A DNA stretch of 64,000 nt from an uncultured Acidobacteriaceae bacterium. GTDB lineage: Bacteria; Acidobacteriota; Terriglobia; Terriglobales; Acidobacteriaceae. The translations under genes and the position numbers were made by a program. The notes under the pieces are model-generated. The model ran no database searches. It was given only the letters and a program-made list of their open reading frames with translations, and was not told where the DNA came from. The stretch covers positions 404,469 through 468,468 of the forward strand of contig CAVREU010000004.1 of assembly GCA_963720245.1 (NCBI GenBank), given 5' to 3'. Positions 1 through 10,095 of the stretch are shown piece by piece (the first letter of the stretch is position 1; every line of letters starts with the position of its first letter).

Positions 1-611
1 CGGCAGCGGTCAGTTCGATCCAGCTCGACGTGCGCGATCGTGAAGAAGTCGAGAGCGCGATCGCCGGGCTTCCCGCGGAGTGGCAGGCCATTGACATTCT
101 GGTGAACAACGCCGGCCTCAGCCGCGGCCTGGACAAACTCCAGGAAGGCGATCCTGAAGATTGGGACGAAATGATCGACACCAACGTAAAAGGGTTGCTC
201 TATGTCACCCGCGCCATCGTTCCGGGCATGATCGCACACGGCGCCGGACACGTCGTCAATCTCGGCTCAACCGCCGGCGAGATCACCTATCCGAAAGGGG
301 CCGTTTATTGCGCCTCAAAGGCCGCGGAACGCGCCATCAACGATGGTTTGAGGCAAGACGTGCTGGGCACGCCGATCCGGGTGACCAGCGTCGATCCCGG
401 AATGGTAGAGACCGCATTCAGCGAAGTGCGCTTTCGTGGCGATGCCGCGCGGGCGGCCAAGGTATATGAGGGTGTTACGCCGCTAACGCCAGAAGACATC
501 GCCGACACGATCCTATGGGCAGTCACCCGGCCGGCGCATGTCAATATCGCCCGAATCGCGCTCACCACGATCGACCAGGCCAACTCGCTGCTCTTCAACC
601 GCAAGAACTAG
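1..611 (+). CDS. Short-chain dehydrogenase/reductase (YdfG-like), 5' end outside window
   Basis: NNAG motif, catalytic YxxxK (YCASK), DPGMVET segment typical of the YdfG subfamily; frame is open from the window edge. Confidence 0.9.
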   Translation, partial: AAVSSIQLDVRDREEVESAIAGLPAEWQAIDILVNNAGLSRGLDKLQEGDPEDWDEMIDTNVKGLLYVTRAIVPGMIAHGAGHVVNLGSTAGEITYPKGAVYCASKAAERAINDGLRQDVLGTPIRVTSVDPGMVETAFSEVRFRGDAARAAKVYEGVTPLTPEDIADTILWAVTRPAHVNIARIALTTIDQANSLLFNRKN

Positions 612-614
612 TTT

Positions 615-673
615 TCAGTCTTCAGTTGTCAGTTGCAACTTAAAATCCACGGCTTCTGATAACTGAGGACTGA
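615..673. repeat. REP-like imperfect palindrome built from 7-nt units, between convergent genes
   Basis: TCAGTCTTCAGTTGTCAG (615-632) pairs with CTGATAACTGAGGACTGA (656-673) with two G-U wobbles. Confidence 0.6.
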
Positions 674-689
674 TAACTGACCACTTGCT

Positions 690-929
690 CTAGTTGAACG
701 AAGTCAACTTGGCCTCGATATCGCTCAAAGCCGCCTGCAGCGCAGCGCGCCGGTGCGGGCTCGAGGTCCGCTCAGAGAGAATCCGCTCCCGCTGCAACTC
801 CAATGCCTGTTGGTCGCGCTTCCTCGCCAATTCGCTCGAGGCTTTGCTCTTCGCGCCCTGTGACTCTGGATGTTCCTCGTGAATTGACATCTGTTCCTCC
901 ACGGACTTGCTCTCCCAGCCTCTGGCCAT
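690..929 (-). CDS. Small hypothetical protein (79 aa, helical/coiled-coil)
   Basis: MARGWESKSVEEQ start; TAGCAT -10-like hexamer 6 nt before the ATG; fills the gap between flanking genes. Confidence 0.75.
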   Translation of the reverse strand: MARGWESKSVEEQMSIHEEHPESQGAKSKASSELARKRDQQALELQRERILSERTSSPHRRAALQAALSDIEAKLTSFN

Positions 930-1053
930 ACTTCTATGCTACTGCGAAAACGTTAACTTTCGCGAGTCTTCCTGCGCCGCTCTTGGACAACCGCCTCCAG
1001 GCTGCGCTATGCTGACGAGTTTGCTTTGAAGCGGGAAATCAGGAGAAACAAAA

Positions 1054-2067
1054 ATGAAGGGCTGGAGAATTTCATCCTTTGGCATTGACAACCTCGAGGC
1101 GTTCGAAGCGCCCATCCCCAGGCCGTCCGCCGGCCAGGTCGTCGTAAAGGTCCATGCGGCATCGCTGAACTACCGCGACCTGATGATGGTCAAAGGCTTC
1201 TACAACCCAAAGATGGCGCTGCCACGTATTCCCTGTTCCGATGGTGCTGGAGAAATCGTCGAGGTCGGCGCGAGAGTCACCGATTTCAAGCCCGGAGACC
1301 GCGTCGCCGGCATCTTCATGCAGCGTTGGATCGATGGCCCCCCTTCGGCCGCCAAGCAAAAAGCAGCGTTAGGCGGTGATGTCGATGGCATGCTCGCGGA
1401 ATATGTCCTTCTCGACGCGACTGGCGTCGTTCACCTGCCCGAACACCTCTCTTACGAAGAAGGCGCAACGCTGCCCTGCGCCGGCGTCACCGCCTGGAAC
1501 GCGATCGTGACCGCGGCCCACACCAAGCCTGGCGATACCGTGGTCATTCAAGGCACTGGCGGCGTCTCGATCTTCGCCCTCCAGTTCGCGAGGACGCTCG
1601 GCGCGCGGGTGCTGGGCACCTCCAGCAGCGACGAAAAGCTGGAACGCGCCAAGACCCTCGGCCTCGATGCCGGCTTGAATTACAAGGAAAACCCGGACTG
1701 GGCCGACTGGGTGCTCGCCCAGACCGGCAGCGAGGGCGCGGAGCTCATCGTCGAGGTCGGGGGCGCCGGCACTTTCGTGCAATCGCTCAAAGCCGTCCGC
1801 GTTGGAGGCACGATCGCGCAGATCGGCGTTCTCTCGCAGTCGAGCGAGCCGCTCCAGATCGCCCCCATTCTCCGCAAACAGGTTCGTGTTCAAGGTATCT
1901 TCGTCGGATCACGCGCTCACTTCCTGGAAATGAACCGGGCCATCTCGCTCAATGGATTGAAGCCCATCATCGACTGCGTCTTCCCCTTCGCCGAATCTCG
2001 CGCCGCCTTTCAACGGATGGAATCCGCCTCGCACTGCGGCAAAATTGTCATTCGGATCGCCGCTTAG
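1054..2067 (+). CDS. NAD(P)-dependent medium-chain dehydrogenase/reductase (zinc-type alcohol dehydrogenase-like)
   Basis: SLNYRD, PCSDGAGE, GTGGVS nucleotide-binding motif, C-terminal GKIVI; AGGAG SD upstream. Confidence 0.92.
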   Translation: MKGWRISSFGIDNLEAFEAPIPRPSAGQVVVKVHAASLNYRDLMMVKGFYNPKMALPRIPCSDGAGEIVEVGARVTDFKPGDRVAGIFMQRWIDGPPSAAKQKAALGGDVDGMLAEYVLLDATGVVHLPEHLSYEEGATLPCAGVTAWNAIVTAAHTKPGDTVVIQGTGGVSIFALQFARTLGARVLGTSSSDEKLERAKTLGLDAGLNYKENPDWADWVLAQTGSEGAELIVEVGGAGTFVQSLKAVRVGGTIAQIGVLSQSSEPLQIAPILRKQVRVQGIFVGSRAHFLEMNRAISLNGLKPIIDCVFPFAESRAAFQRMESASHCGKIVIRIAA

Positions 2068-2091
2068 GGGACGTTGGTATCGTAAGAGGCG

Positions 2092-2898
2092 ATGGCTTCC
2101 TTCACAGTCGGTCTTTGGCGCCTCGCCGGCGGTCTGGCGCTCGCCTCGGCCTTTCTATCGATCGGCTGTGCAGCCACTGCCCCAGTCTCCGGCTATCAGA
2201 TCGTCGCCAGGTTTCCGCACTCGACAGATAACTACACCGAAGGCTTCTTCTACCTCGACGGCCTGTTTTACGAAGGCACTGGCCTCAACGGACACTCTGC
2301 CTTGATGGCCATTCAGCCGGAGACCGGCAAGGTCCTCCAAAGGGTCGATCTCCCGGAGCAGTATTTTGGCGAGGGCATCGTCGACTGGGGGCCCAATCTG
2401 TATGAATGGACATGGCAATCGCACATCTGCTTCGTTTACGACCGCTTCAGCCTGCGGCTCATCAAGCAGTTCAGCTACACAGGCGAGGGTTGGGGAATGA
2501 CCCGCACCGCGAGCGAGATCATCACGAGCGACGGCACGGCGACCCTCAGATTTCGCGATCCCGCCACCTTCAAGGAAACCCGCCATCTCCTCGTGACGGA
2601 CGGCGGCAAACCGGTCAAGCAGCTCAACGAACTCGAATACATCAAGGGCCAGATCTACGCCAACATCTGGCACTCCAACCGCATCGCGCGGATCTCTCCA
2701 CGCGACGGCCACGTCATCGCCTGGATCGATCTCGCCGGTTTGCTGCCCGACAGCGAGAAGATCAACGGCGAATCGGTGCTGAACGGCATCGCTTACGACG
2801 CGAAACACGACCGGCTCTTCGTCACCGGAAAGCAGTGGCCAACGATCTTCGAGATCAGGACCGTCAATGGGCCTCCCGCGAAAACGGCAGCCCACTGA
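2092..2898 (+). CDS. Glutaminyl-peptide cyclotransferase (glutamine cyclotransferase, beta-propeller type), exported
   Basis: YTEG, EGTG, YFGEG, EGWG, LNELE, VLNGIAYD, FVTGKQW motifs; hydrophobic N-terminal signal. Confidence 0.92.
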   Translation: MASFTVGLWRLAGGLALASAFLSIGCAATAPVSGYQIVARFPHSTDNYTEGFFYLDGLFYEGTGLNGHSALMAIQPETGKVLQRVDLPEQYFGEGIVDWGPNLYEWTWQSHICFVYDRFSLRLIKQFSYTGEGWGMTRTASEIITSDGTATLRFRDPATFKETRHLLVTDGGKPVKQLNELEYIKGQIYANIWHSNRIARISPRDGHVIAWIDLAGLLPDSEKINGESVLNGIAYDAKHDRLFVTGKQWPTIFEIRTVNGPPAKTAAH

Positions 2899-2937
2899 GC
2901 TTGCGGCAATGTCGCGATTGGCGATGTACCCGGAGCG

Positions 2938-5450
2938 TCATTCGGTTCTAAGCGCTTCCATCGGCTCCAATCCAGCTGCCTTTCGCGCCGGCAGCCACGC
3001 AGCAAGCGCACCCACACCGAGGAGCAGCAGTGGCGCAGCGATCAGCGTCAGCGGATCGTACTGCGTCACGCCGAAGAGGAAGCTGTGCAGCAGGCGCGCG
3101 GTAAGCAGGCTGATGCCCACGCCGATCACGATACCTGTCACCAGCAGCGTACCCGCCCCGCGCAGCACCAGGGCGAGAATGTCCTCCCGCTGCGCGCCCA
3201 GCGCCAGCCGCAGGCCAAGTTCCCGTGAGCGAAGCGTGGTGATGTAAGTGAGCAGGCTATAAAGGCCGGCCAGAGCCACCAGCAACGCCAGAGTCCCGAG
3301 CGCCTCGAGCAGGCGGGCAGCGAGCAGTTGGTTGCCCATTGCGTCGTCCACGATCTGGTCCATGGTGCGAATGTTGCTTCCGGCGAGATCAGGGTTTAAC
3401 TCGCGCATCGCCCGGTTCAGGTCGGGGACCAGGCTGCGGGCATCGCGGCTGGAACGCAGCACCAGCTCAACATGCGCATGCAATGTGGGCTGATAAAAAC
3501 CGTCGGTCGGAAGCATCTGCGCGGCATTGATGTCGATCTCCGGCACCGAGTCTTCGGCGATGCCCTTCTGATGCAGATCGTCGACTACGCCGACAATCTT
3601 GAACTGGCGGGGCTTCTCCCCACTCTTGCCGGCCATGCCGAGGCTAAATTTGCTCACGTCCCCGTTCGTCGGCTCATAAGCTTGGCAAAGGCGCTGTTGA
3701 CGACCGCGGTCAGCGGCGAATCAGGAGTGTCCTGCGCATTGAAATACCGGCCTCGCTTCATATTGAAGCCCAGCACTTGCTGCAACTCCGGCCCTGCTGC
3801 CCGCATCGTCGCAGAAATGATATTGTTGGGCGCCTCGACCACGCGCGTGGCAAGGTCCTTTTTCTCGCCATTCTTGGCCGGCCCGTTGCCCAACGCCAAG
3901 AGCAATCGCATATCGAATCCATTATCCAATGGAACGATCGTGGTAATGGCCGCCGCCTGCACACCCGGAAGACTCTTGATCCGATCAAGCAGCGGCTTAT
4001 AGATGGCGTTATTCGTGTCCATCCCTTGATACTTGTAACCGGGCAGATCCGGCTCGATCACGAAGACATGGTCGGTGCGGAAGCCCAGGGGCACGTGGCG
4101 CAGCGCAAACACCGTCCGCAGAAGCAGCCCACAAGAAACCAGCATCGCGAGCGTCAGTGAAAGCTCGGCGACGACCAGGGTCCGCTGCAGCCGGTGTTGA
4201 TGGCGGCCGGTACCGGCTTGCGCGCCATCCTGGCGAAGCGCCTGCTCGACGGCGACCCTCGAACCCAACAAGGCCGGTACAACCCCGAAGAGCACCGCGC
4301 TCGAAACGCTCAGGAAAAAGAGCGCGGCGATTACGCGAAGATCGGGTTGGAGAGAGAGATTCAAACTGAACTGGGTGACCAAGCTGTGGCGAAAGAAGCG
4401 TAACGCCACCTGGGAGAGCGCTAGACCGACCACGCCTCCGGCCACGCTAAGTAACAGGCTTTCTGCGAGCGTTTGCCGCACCAGCCTCCAGCGACTTGCG
4501 CCCAGCGCCGACCGGACGGCCATCTCGCGCCGTCGCGCCGCGGTTCGCGCCAGCGTCAGGCAGGCGACGTTGGCGCAGGCGATCAGCCAGAGCACCGCCA
4601 CTGCTCCCAGCAGAGCCAAGAGCGCCGTCCGCTGGTCTTGGTCATTCAAACTGCGCCGATAGTCGATCGCCGAGACGTGCACTGGCGCCATGACCTTCTC
4701 GACAGGATCGGTATTGAGCGACGCCAAACCCTTCTGGATCGCGTTCATTTCCGCGGTCACAGCTGCGATAGATCTGCCTGCACGGCGGCGAGCGATCACG
4801 TCGAACGATGCGCCATCGCTGGCGCGGCGAATGTCTTTCGGCGCCGCCGCAGCCGGCAGCCAGACCTGCGCGGCAGACTCGCTTGCTGGAAAGACGAAGC
4901 TCCGCGGCATGACGCCGACGATCGTCACCTGCTTGTCGTCGATGCGAACCGTTTGCCCAAGGATTTTCGGATCGGCCCGGAACTGCGACCGCCATACCGC
5001 GTCGCTTAACACCGCAACCCGGTCCTTGCCCGGCTGCAGCTCTCCCTCGATAAAGGATCGCCCCAAAGCCGGCGCAACGCCGAGCATCGTAAAGAGGTTC
5101 GAACTCACTTGAACTGACTTAACCTTTTGCTCCGCGCCGGCCGACCGCAGGTAAGCCTCCCCGCTTTGGTAATAAGCGACATCGCTCAGCGTATGGGCGT
5201 ACCGCCACTCCAGGATGTCGGCGAGGAAAGACCATGATGCGTTGCCCTTGGCGTCGGTGGGCTTGAGGCGCACCAATTCCCCCGCGTTGCTATAAGGCAG
5301 CGGACGAAAGAGCGTGCCTTCCAGCACTGTGAACATCGCAGCGTTGGCGCCGATACCGAGCGCGAGCACGACGATCACGCTTAGAGCAAAGCCACGCGCG
5401 TGGCGCATCTGGCGCAGAGCGTAGCGGATGTCCTGGGAAAACGAGCGCAT
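2938..5450 (-). CDS. ADOP-type (MacB/FtsX duplicated) ABC permease, split by a 1-base deletion near 3677
   Basis: QDIRYALRQ..GFAL..LALGIGANAAMF start; RRREMAVRSALGASR and RSRELGLRLALGA repeats; adding one T (AAG CTT TAT GAG) joins ORFs 3654-5450 and 2938-3657 as KLYEPTNGDVSKFSLG. Confidence 0.88.
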
Positions 5451-5473
5451 GGTTTATTCCTCTCCACCAGTTT

Positions 5474-5489
5474 TGCACCTCTTCGGCCA
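5474..5489 (-). promoter_or_regulatory. Putative sigma54 (-24/-12) promoter of the ADOP permease
   Basis: Minus strand TGGCCGAAGAGGTGCA has GG-N10-GC spacing; predicted start near 5463 leaves a 13-nt leader containing GAGGA. Confidence 0.5.
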
Positions 5490-5503
5490 CTCGTTCCGGC
5501 CTG

Positions 5504-5516
5504 CAAATAACTGATA
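5504..5516 (-). promoter_or_regulatory. Putative IHF binding site
   Basis: Minus strand TATCAGTTATTTG matches WATCAR-N4-TTR; a second match AATCAATGGCTTA lies at 5623-5635. Confidence 0.5.
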
Positions 5517-5551
5517 TGGATGGTCACCTGATCGGAAGGGCGTCGCACGAT

Positions 5552-5586
5552 GGCCAAAAGCGGCCAACTATCGTCCAAAAATGGAC
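5552..5586. promoter_or_regulatory. Tandem palindromic sites (candidate enhancer/UAS)
   Basis: GGCCAAAAGCGGCC (5552-5565) and GTCCAAAAATGGAC (5573-5586), 21 bp apart. Confidence 0.45.
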
Positions 5587-5825
5587 AGCTTTTTGGGGGG
5601 CGCAGCCGCCCAAAAGCTCTCTTAAGCCATTGATTATGTTCTACTCATGAAGCCAATGCGGGAAATCACGACCAGACCAGCGACTTTATTTCTTCGTTTC
5701 TGGTTGCAAGCACCACCCCTCTCCGCCTAAGTTAGTCCAAGGAAAAGATGAGTCCGGAACTGTTCTAATAAGTAAGGTCAGCGCCGCCAACGTCTTGAAT
5801 GCCTCCCCATAGAACTCAACTCGTG

Positions 5826-8066
5826 ATGCATCGAGCTACCGCTCTGGCCGCTCCGGTGCTGCTGGTCATCGCCGGTTGCGGCGGCGTTGTCTCCAAATAT
5901 GTGCCCAGCCCGGTCAACGCCGTCTTTTCCGTTACGCCATCGGCGCGGGCGATTAATACCAACGGCCAACTCCGGATGACAGCGGTCACCTCATCCGGCA
6001 CGCCCGCGGACGTGAAGTGGAGCATCGTTGGCGGCGACAACGATCCGGCCCTCGGCGAGGGTGCGATTGACGGCAACGGATACTACACCCCTCCCGCGGC
6101 CCTCACCCACGACTCGATTCAGGTTGAGATTCAGGCCCGCCTGCACAACGACCCGGCCACGACGGCGACTGAGGTCATCGAAGTCCGCCCGAGCTTTCTG
6201 CAGCCGCTCACGCCGGAAAACTCAACTCTGGCTGCCGGCGGCAGCGTAGAAGTGACGGCGCAACTGGCCGAGGTCGGCGGCGGCGCGGTGAATTGGCAGT
6301 TGGCTGCCGCTCCGACAGGCAGAAGGCGGTTGGGCAGCGCCTACGGGACATTCAGCCAGGAAAGCTGCCAGCACAATCAGCGGGACTATACCGTCTGCAG
6401 CGCCGTCTACACCGCGCCGGCCGCGATCCCCGCGTCCAGCAAAGAGGTCTATGTCATCGCCACGGTGGGTGGCGCCGAGGCGACGGCCTCAACGGCCACC
6501 AGCCGATTGCCGCTGCATATCTTGCTAAGCGCCTCAGGCACTTCGAGCACGCCGCTCACCAACCAATCCGTTCAGACCTCCCTGGTGCAGTTGGGCTCGT
6601 CCGGGGGAAACAATAATGACGCAGACACCTCAGACAACGCATCGGGCGGATACATCAACGATTGTTGCGGCGGAACACTGGGTGCGCTGCTCCGCGACGA
6701 GAATGGCGGCCAGTACATCCTGAGCAATAACCACGTGCTTGCCGAGTCGGACCAGGCGAAGATCGGCGATACCATCGTGCAGCCGGCGCTGATCGACCGC
6801 AACTGCGACCAGAATGCGGGACGCCCGGTGGCCTCGCTCCGCTATGTCGTTCCGCTCGCAACCAGCCAGACGAATGTCGACGCAGCGCTGGCCGAGGTAA
6901 GCGCTGGAACGGTCGACCCTACCGGGGCGATCTTGCAGTTCGGTTCGCCGGGCGCTGGCGTCAACGGTGCTATCGGCGCGGCCTCACCTGCCGCTGGCCT
7001 TGGCGAGGCGCTGACGCCGGAGTTGTTCGCGCCCGGCTCCGCCCCGCTGATGGTGGCAAAGAGCGGCCGCACGACCGGCCTGACCTGCTCCACCATCGAC
7101 GCCATCGACCTTAGCGTCGAGGTCGACTACTACAAAGACTGCGCCGAAACCCAACCCTACTACCGCAAGACCTTTTCCGGTCAACTCGGCATCTCCGGCG
7201 AGGGATTCTCCGATAGCGGCGATTCGGGAGCGCTGGTCGTCGACGCCGCCAATGCCGAGCCTCTAGGCCTATATTTCGCCGGCGGCACTGACGATCACGG
7301 TGGCGGCCTTAGTGTCGCGACCCCGATTCAGGACGTCCTCACGGCACTCGACACCGAGGCCGTCCACCAGTTCAGCATCGTCGGCGGAGAGGAGCATCCG
7401 GTGTCCTGCCTCAACTATGGCGCGAGGTCGGCGAACGCTCTTGCCGTGACCGACGCATTCCGAAGGAAGGCCGAGGCAGCCATCCGCAGGAACGCCGCCA
7501 CGATCATCAACCCCGCGCTTGGCATCCTCGAACTCGCTCCCGGCGCCAGCAGCGATTCGCCTGGCGATCCGGCGGTTCTCGTCTACGTCGATAAAGCGAA
7601 GGAAAACGTCACCGCCCCGCAAACCGTCGGGGGAATCCGTACGGTTGTAGTTCCCACCGACCAGCCCAGCCTCAATGGAGGCGTCGCGCCAAAATCAAAT
7701 GATCTTGCCGACGGCATTCATTTGCCTGCCGAGGTCCTCGAGTCGGCGCGTCAGGTCCAGCATAGTTATGCGGCGCAGCTCATGACCGACCCCGCCATCT
7801 TCGGCGTCGGCGTCACCCAGAGCCGCGACAATCCGCGCGAGGCAGCTTTGCTGGTGTTGGTCGATCTGTCCCGCACTCCGCGTTCGATGCCGACCGTAGT
7901 CGGCGGACTCCGCACCCGCTACTTGTCGACGCACCGCTTTCACGTCACCCGCTCGAGGTATGCCGGAGCGCCTCACCCGTCCAGCTGCCGGCTCCGCTCG
8001 CTTTCCCTGGGGGCGGCGCCCAAAACCTTCGATCCGCAAAAGCCCCTCCCTCTTGCGCTCCCCTGA
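5826..8066 (+). CDS. Putative lipoprotein with Ig-like N-terminal region, chymotrypsin-fold (S1-like) serine protease domain and two C-terminal repeats
   Basis: Lipobox-like IAGC; triad motifs SNNHV, NVDAA and GDSGA; AKSGRTTG motif; start could be 5799-5826. Confidence 0.75.
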   Translation: MHRATALAAPVLLVIAGCGGVVSKYVPSPVNAVFSVTPSARAINTNGQLRMTAVTSSGTPADVKWSIVGGDNDPALGEGAIDGNGYYTPPAALTHDSIQVEIQARLHNDPATTATEVIEVRPSFLQPLTPENSTLAAGGSVEVTAQLAEVGGGAVNWQLAAAPTGRRRLGSAYGTFSQESCQHNQRDYTVCSAVYTAPAAIPASSKEVYVIATVGGAEATASTATSRLPLHILLSASGTSSTPLTNQSVQTSLVQLGSSGGNNNDADTSDNASGGYINDCCGGTLGALLRDENGGQYILSNNHVLAESDQAKIGDTIVQPALIDRNCDQNAGRPVASLRYVVPLATSQTNVDAALAEVSAGTVDPTGAILQFGSPGAGVNGAIGAASPAAGLGEALTPELFAPGSAPLMVAKSGRTTGLTCSTIDAIDLSVEVDYYKDCAETQPYYRKTFSGQLGISGEGFSDSGDSGALVVDAANAEPLGLYFAGGTDDHGGGLSVATPIQDVLTALDTEAVHQFSIVGGEEHPVSCLNYGARSANALAVTDAFRRKAEAAIRRNAATIINPALGILELAPGASSDSPGDPAVLVYVDKAKENVTAPQTVGGIRTVVVPTDQPSLNGGVAPKSNDLADGIHLPAEVLESARQVQHSYAAQLMTDPAIFGVGVTQSRDNPREAALLVLVDLSRTPRSMPTVVGGLRTRYLSTHRFHVTRSRYAGAPHPSSCRLRSLSLGAAPKTFDPQKPLPLALP

Positions 8067-8134
8067 TGCCGGCGGCGTGAGGCTCGGCGCCGCGACGGCA
8101 AGCGCTCCCTCTCGAAGAAAAAGGGAAATATGAC

Positions 8135-10012
8135 TTAGACCGCGTTCGTGGATGCGGTTTCTATCTCCCGCCCATTCCCGGCGAGCGCGTCAAGGCTGGG
8201 CAGGAAGACCATGAAGACGGTCCCCGATTTCTCGTGCTCTACGGCGCTCCGGCTGCGCACGCGAACGCTTCCGCGATGTTTCACGACGATCTCGGCGCTG
8301 ACCCAGAGGCCGAGGCCTGTGCCGGTCGTTTCTTTGGTCGTGAAGAATGGCTCGAAGATCCGCCGCTGCGTCGAAGCACTCATGCCGCAGCCGGTGTCCG
8401 CCACGACCACCCGAATCCCCTCGGCCGAAGGATCGGCCCAGGAGCGCGAATGACGGACTTCGACGATAAGGCGTCCGCCATGGCTCGGCATGGCGTCGAG
8501 CGCGTTGCCGATCAGGTTGGCGAAGAGCTGGCGCATTTCGCCCGAAAAGCAGAACAGGTCCACATCGCCACGGTACCGCCGCTCGATCTCCACCTGCAGG
8601 CCGCGCACCTTGCCGCCATGCAGCGAGAGCACCGAATCGAGGACCTCGTTGAGGTTGGTGACCGCAGGCCGAGTCGACTGGCGGTGAAAGCGCAAGGTCT
8701 GTTGAACGATCTCCGACATTCGCGCCACTTCATGGCTGGCGAGTTCGGCATAGGCCGTCGCCTGTTCGTCCAGACTATCCATCTTCCTGAGCAGGTACAG
8801 CAGATTGGTAATCGCTTCCAGAGGGTTGTTGATCTCATGGGCGATCGAGGACGAGAGCCGGCCCACCGCAGCGAGCTTCTCGGTGCGCCGTAATGCGTCC
8901 TCGGAACGCTTGATTCCCGTCGTATCGACAATGACCGCCCCCACCCATCGAACGCCATGCGTCGCGCTGCGCACCGGGTAGATGTTGACCAGCCAGGTCG
9001 ATGCCTGCCCGTCTTCTTGCCCTTCGCCGAGGTTGATTTCCAGGTCCCGAACCGGCTCCGAAGTCGCGAAGACGGTTTGAATGCCGTCTTCGACGAGCCG
9101 TCCCGTCGCGCCCAGAAAAATCTCGGCCACCCCGCGCCCGATATGGTTGCCAATCGAAACCCCGCTCATCGCGGCCAGAAACTCGTTCATGCGAATGAAC
9201 CTTGCATGGGTGTCGAAGAAAGCGATGCCGATCGGAGCGTGGGCCAGCATCGAGTCGAGCAGCCCGAGCGTATCGTTCAGCCCGGCGCGCTGTTCCTCGA
9301 TCGCGGCGACCATCAGGTTAAAGGCGAGTGTCAGGTCCGCGACCTCTGCCGATGCCGCCGCATCCACCTCGACTCTCGACGTGTCGGCCGGATCGCGGAT
9401 GATCCTGCGTGTGGCCTGAAGCAGCCCTGATAAAGGCCTGGTCGTAGATCGGGCCAGATATTCCGCCAGAAGCACGCAGCAAACCGCCCCAACCACGGCA
9501 AAGACCAGGGTCAGCCGTACCTGCGTATCCATCTCTTCTTTCTGGGACTGGTCGCTGGGGTAAATCCATACCAGGGCCTTCGGGCTTCCCTCCACCATCA
9601 CGGGCGCGACGACCTCGGGCTGGCCATTGCCGTCCCGAAAGACAGTGATCCCCCTCGCCACATTTAAATAGGATTTCTCGGTCGGAGTAAGCTTATCGAT
9701 GCCATTCAGGTGTGGATCGGGGTCGAGGATGGTGCGCCCCTGCATGTCGGTGACCTGGACGCCCCTGATGCTGGGCGCCTTCCTCATCTGCTCGATGCCG
9801 CGCTGCATGATATCCGGGCGTCCCTCGGAGATCGCCAGCTGGGCCAGCAGCGTGAACATGTTCGACTGATAGTCGAACCGGCGGTTCTCCCGGGCCTTGA
9901 TCTCCCGGGCATGTTCCTGGATGACGAAAAACGCAAAGAACGAAATCAGAAGGATTTCGAAGGCGAGGAGCCCGGCAATCAATTGGCCGCGAATTGTGCG
10001 TGGTTTCAGCAC
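8135..10012 (-). CDS. Membrane sensor histidine kinase (TM-periplasmic-HAMP-PAS-HisKA-HATPase)
   Basis: H-box SIAHEINNPL, NLIGNALDA, DTGCG, FFTTKETTGTGLGL; two TM segments; no adjacent response regulator. Confidence 0.93.
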   Translation of the reverse strand: MLKPRTIRGQLIAGLLAFEILLISFFAFFVIQEHAREIKARENRRFDYQSNMFTLLAQLAISEGRPDIMQRGIEQMRKAPSIRGVQVTDMQGRTILDPDPHLNGIDKLTPTEKSYLNVARGITVFRDGNGQPEVVAPVMVEGSPKALVWIYPSDQSQKEEMDTQVRLTLVFAVVGAVCCVLLAEYLARSTTRPLSGLLQATRRIIRDPADTSRVEVDAAASAEVADLTLAFNLMVAAIEEQRAGLNDTLGLLDSMLAHAPIGIAFFDTHARFIRMNEFLAAMSGVSIGNHIGRGVAEIFLGATGRLVEDGIQTVFATSEPVRDLEINLGEGQEDGQASTWLVNIYPVRSATHGVRWVGAVIVDTTGIKRSEDALRRTEKLAAVGRLSSSIAHEINNPLEAITNLLYLLRKMDSLDEQATAYAELASHEVARMSEIVQQTLRFHRQSTRPAVTNLNEVLDSVLSLHGGKVRGLQVEIERRYRGDVDLFCFSGEMRQLFANLIGNALDAMPSHGGRLIVEVRHSRSWADPSAEGIRVVVADTGCGMSASTQRRIFEPFFTTKETTGTGLGLWVSAEIVVKHRGSVRVRSRSAVEHEKSGTVFMVFLPSLDALAGNGREIETASTNAV

Positions 10013-10095
10013 TGAATGCCAGGGACGCGCATGTTCAAGGTCGTGAGTCTATCGGTAAGATGCTGCAAATTCGCAACCCGAGACTTGTCACCAGT

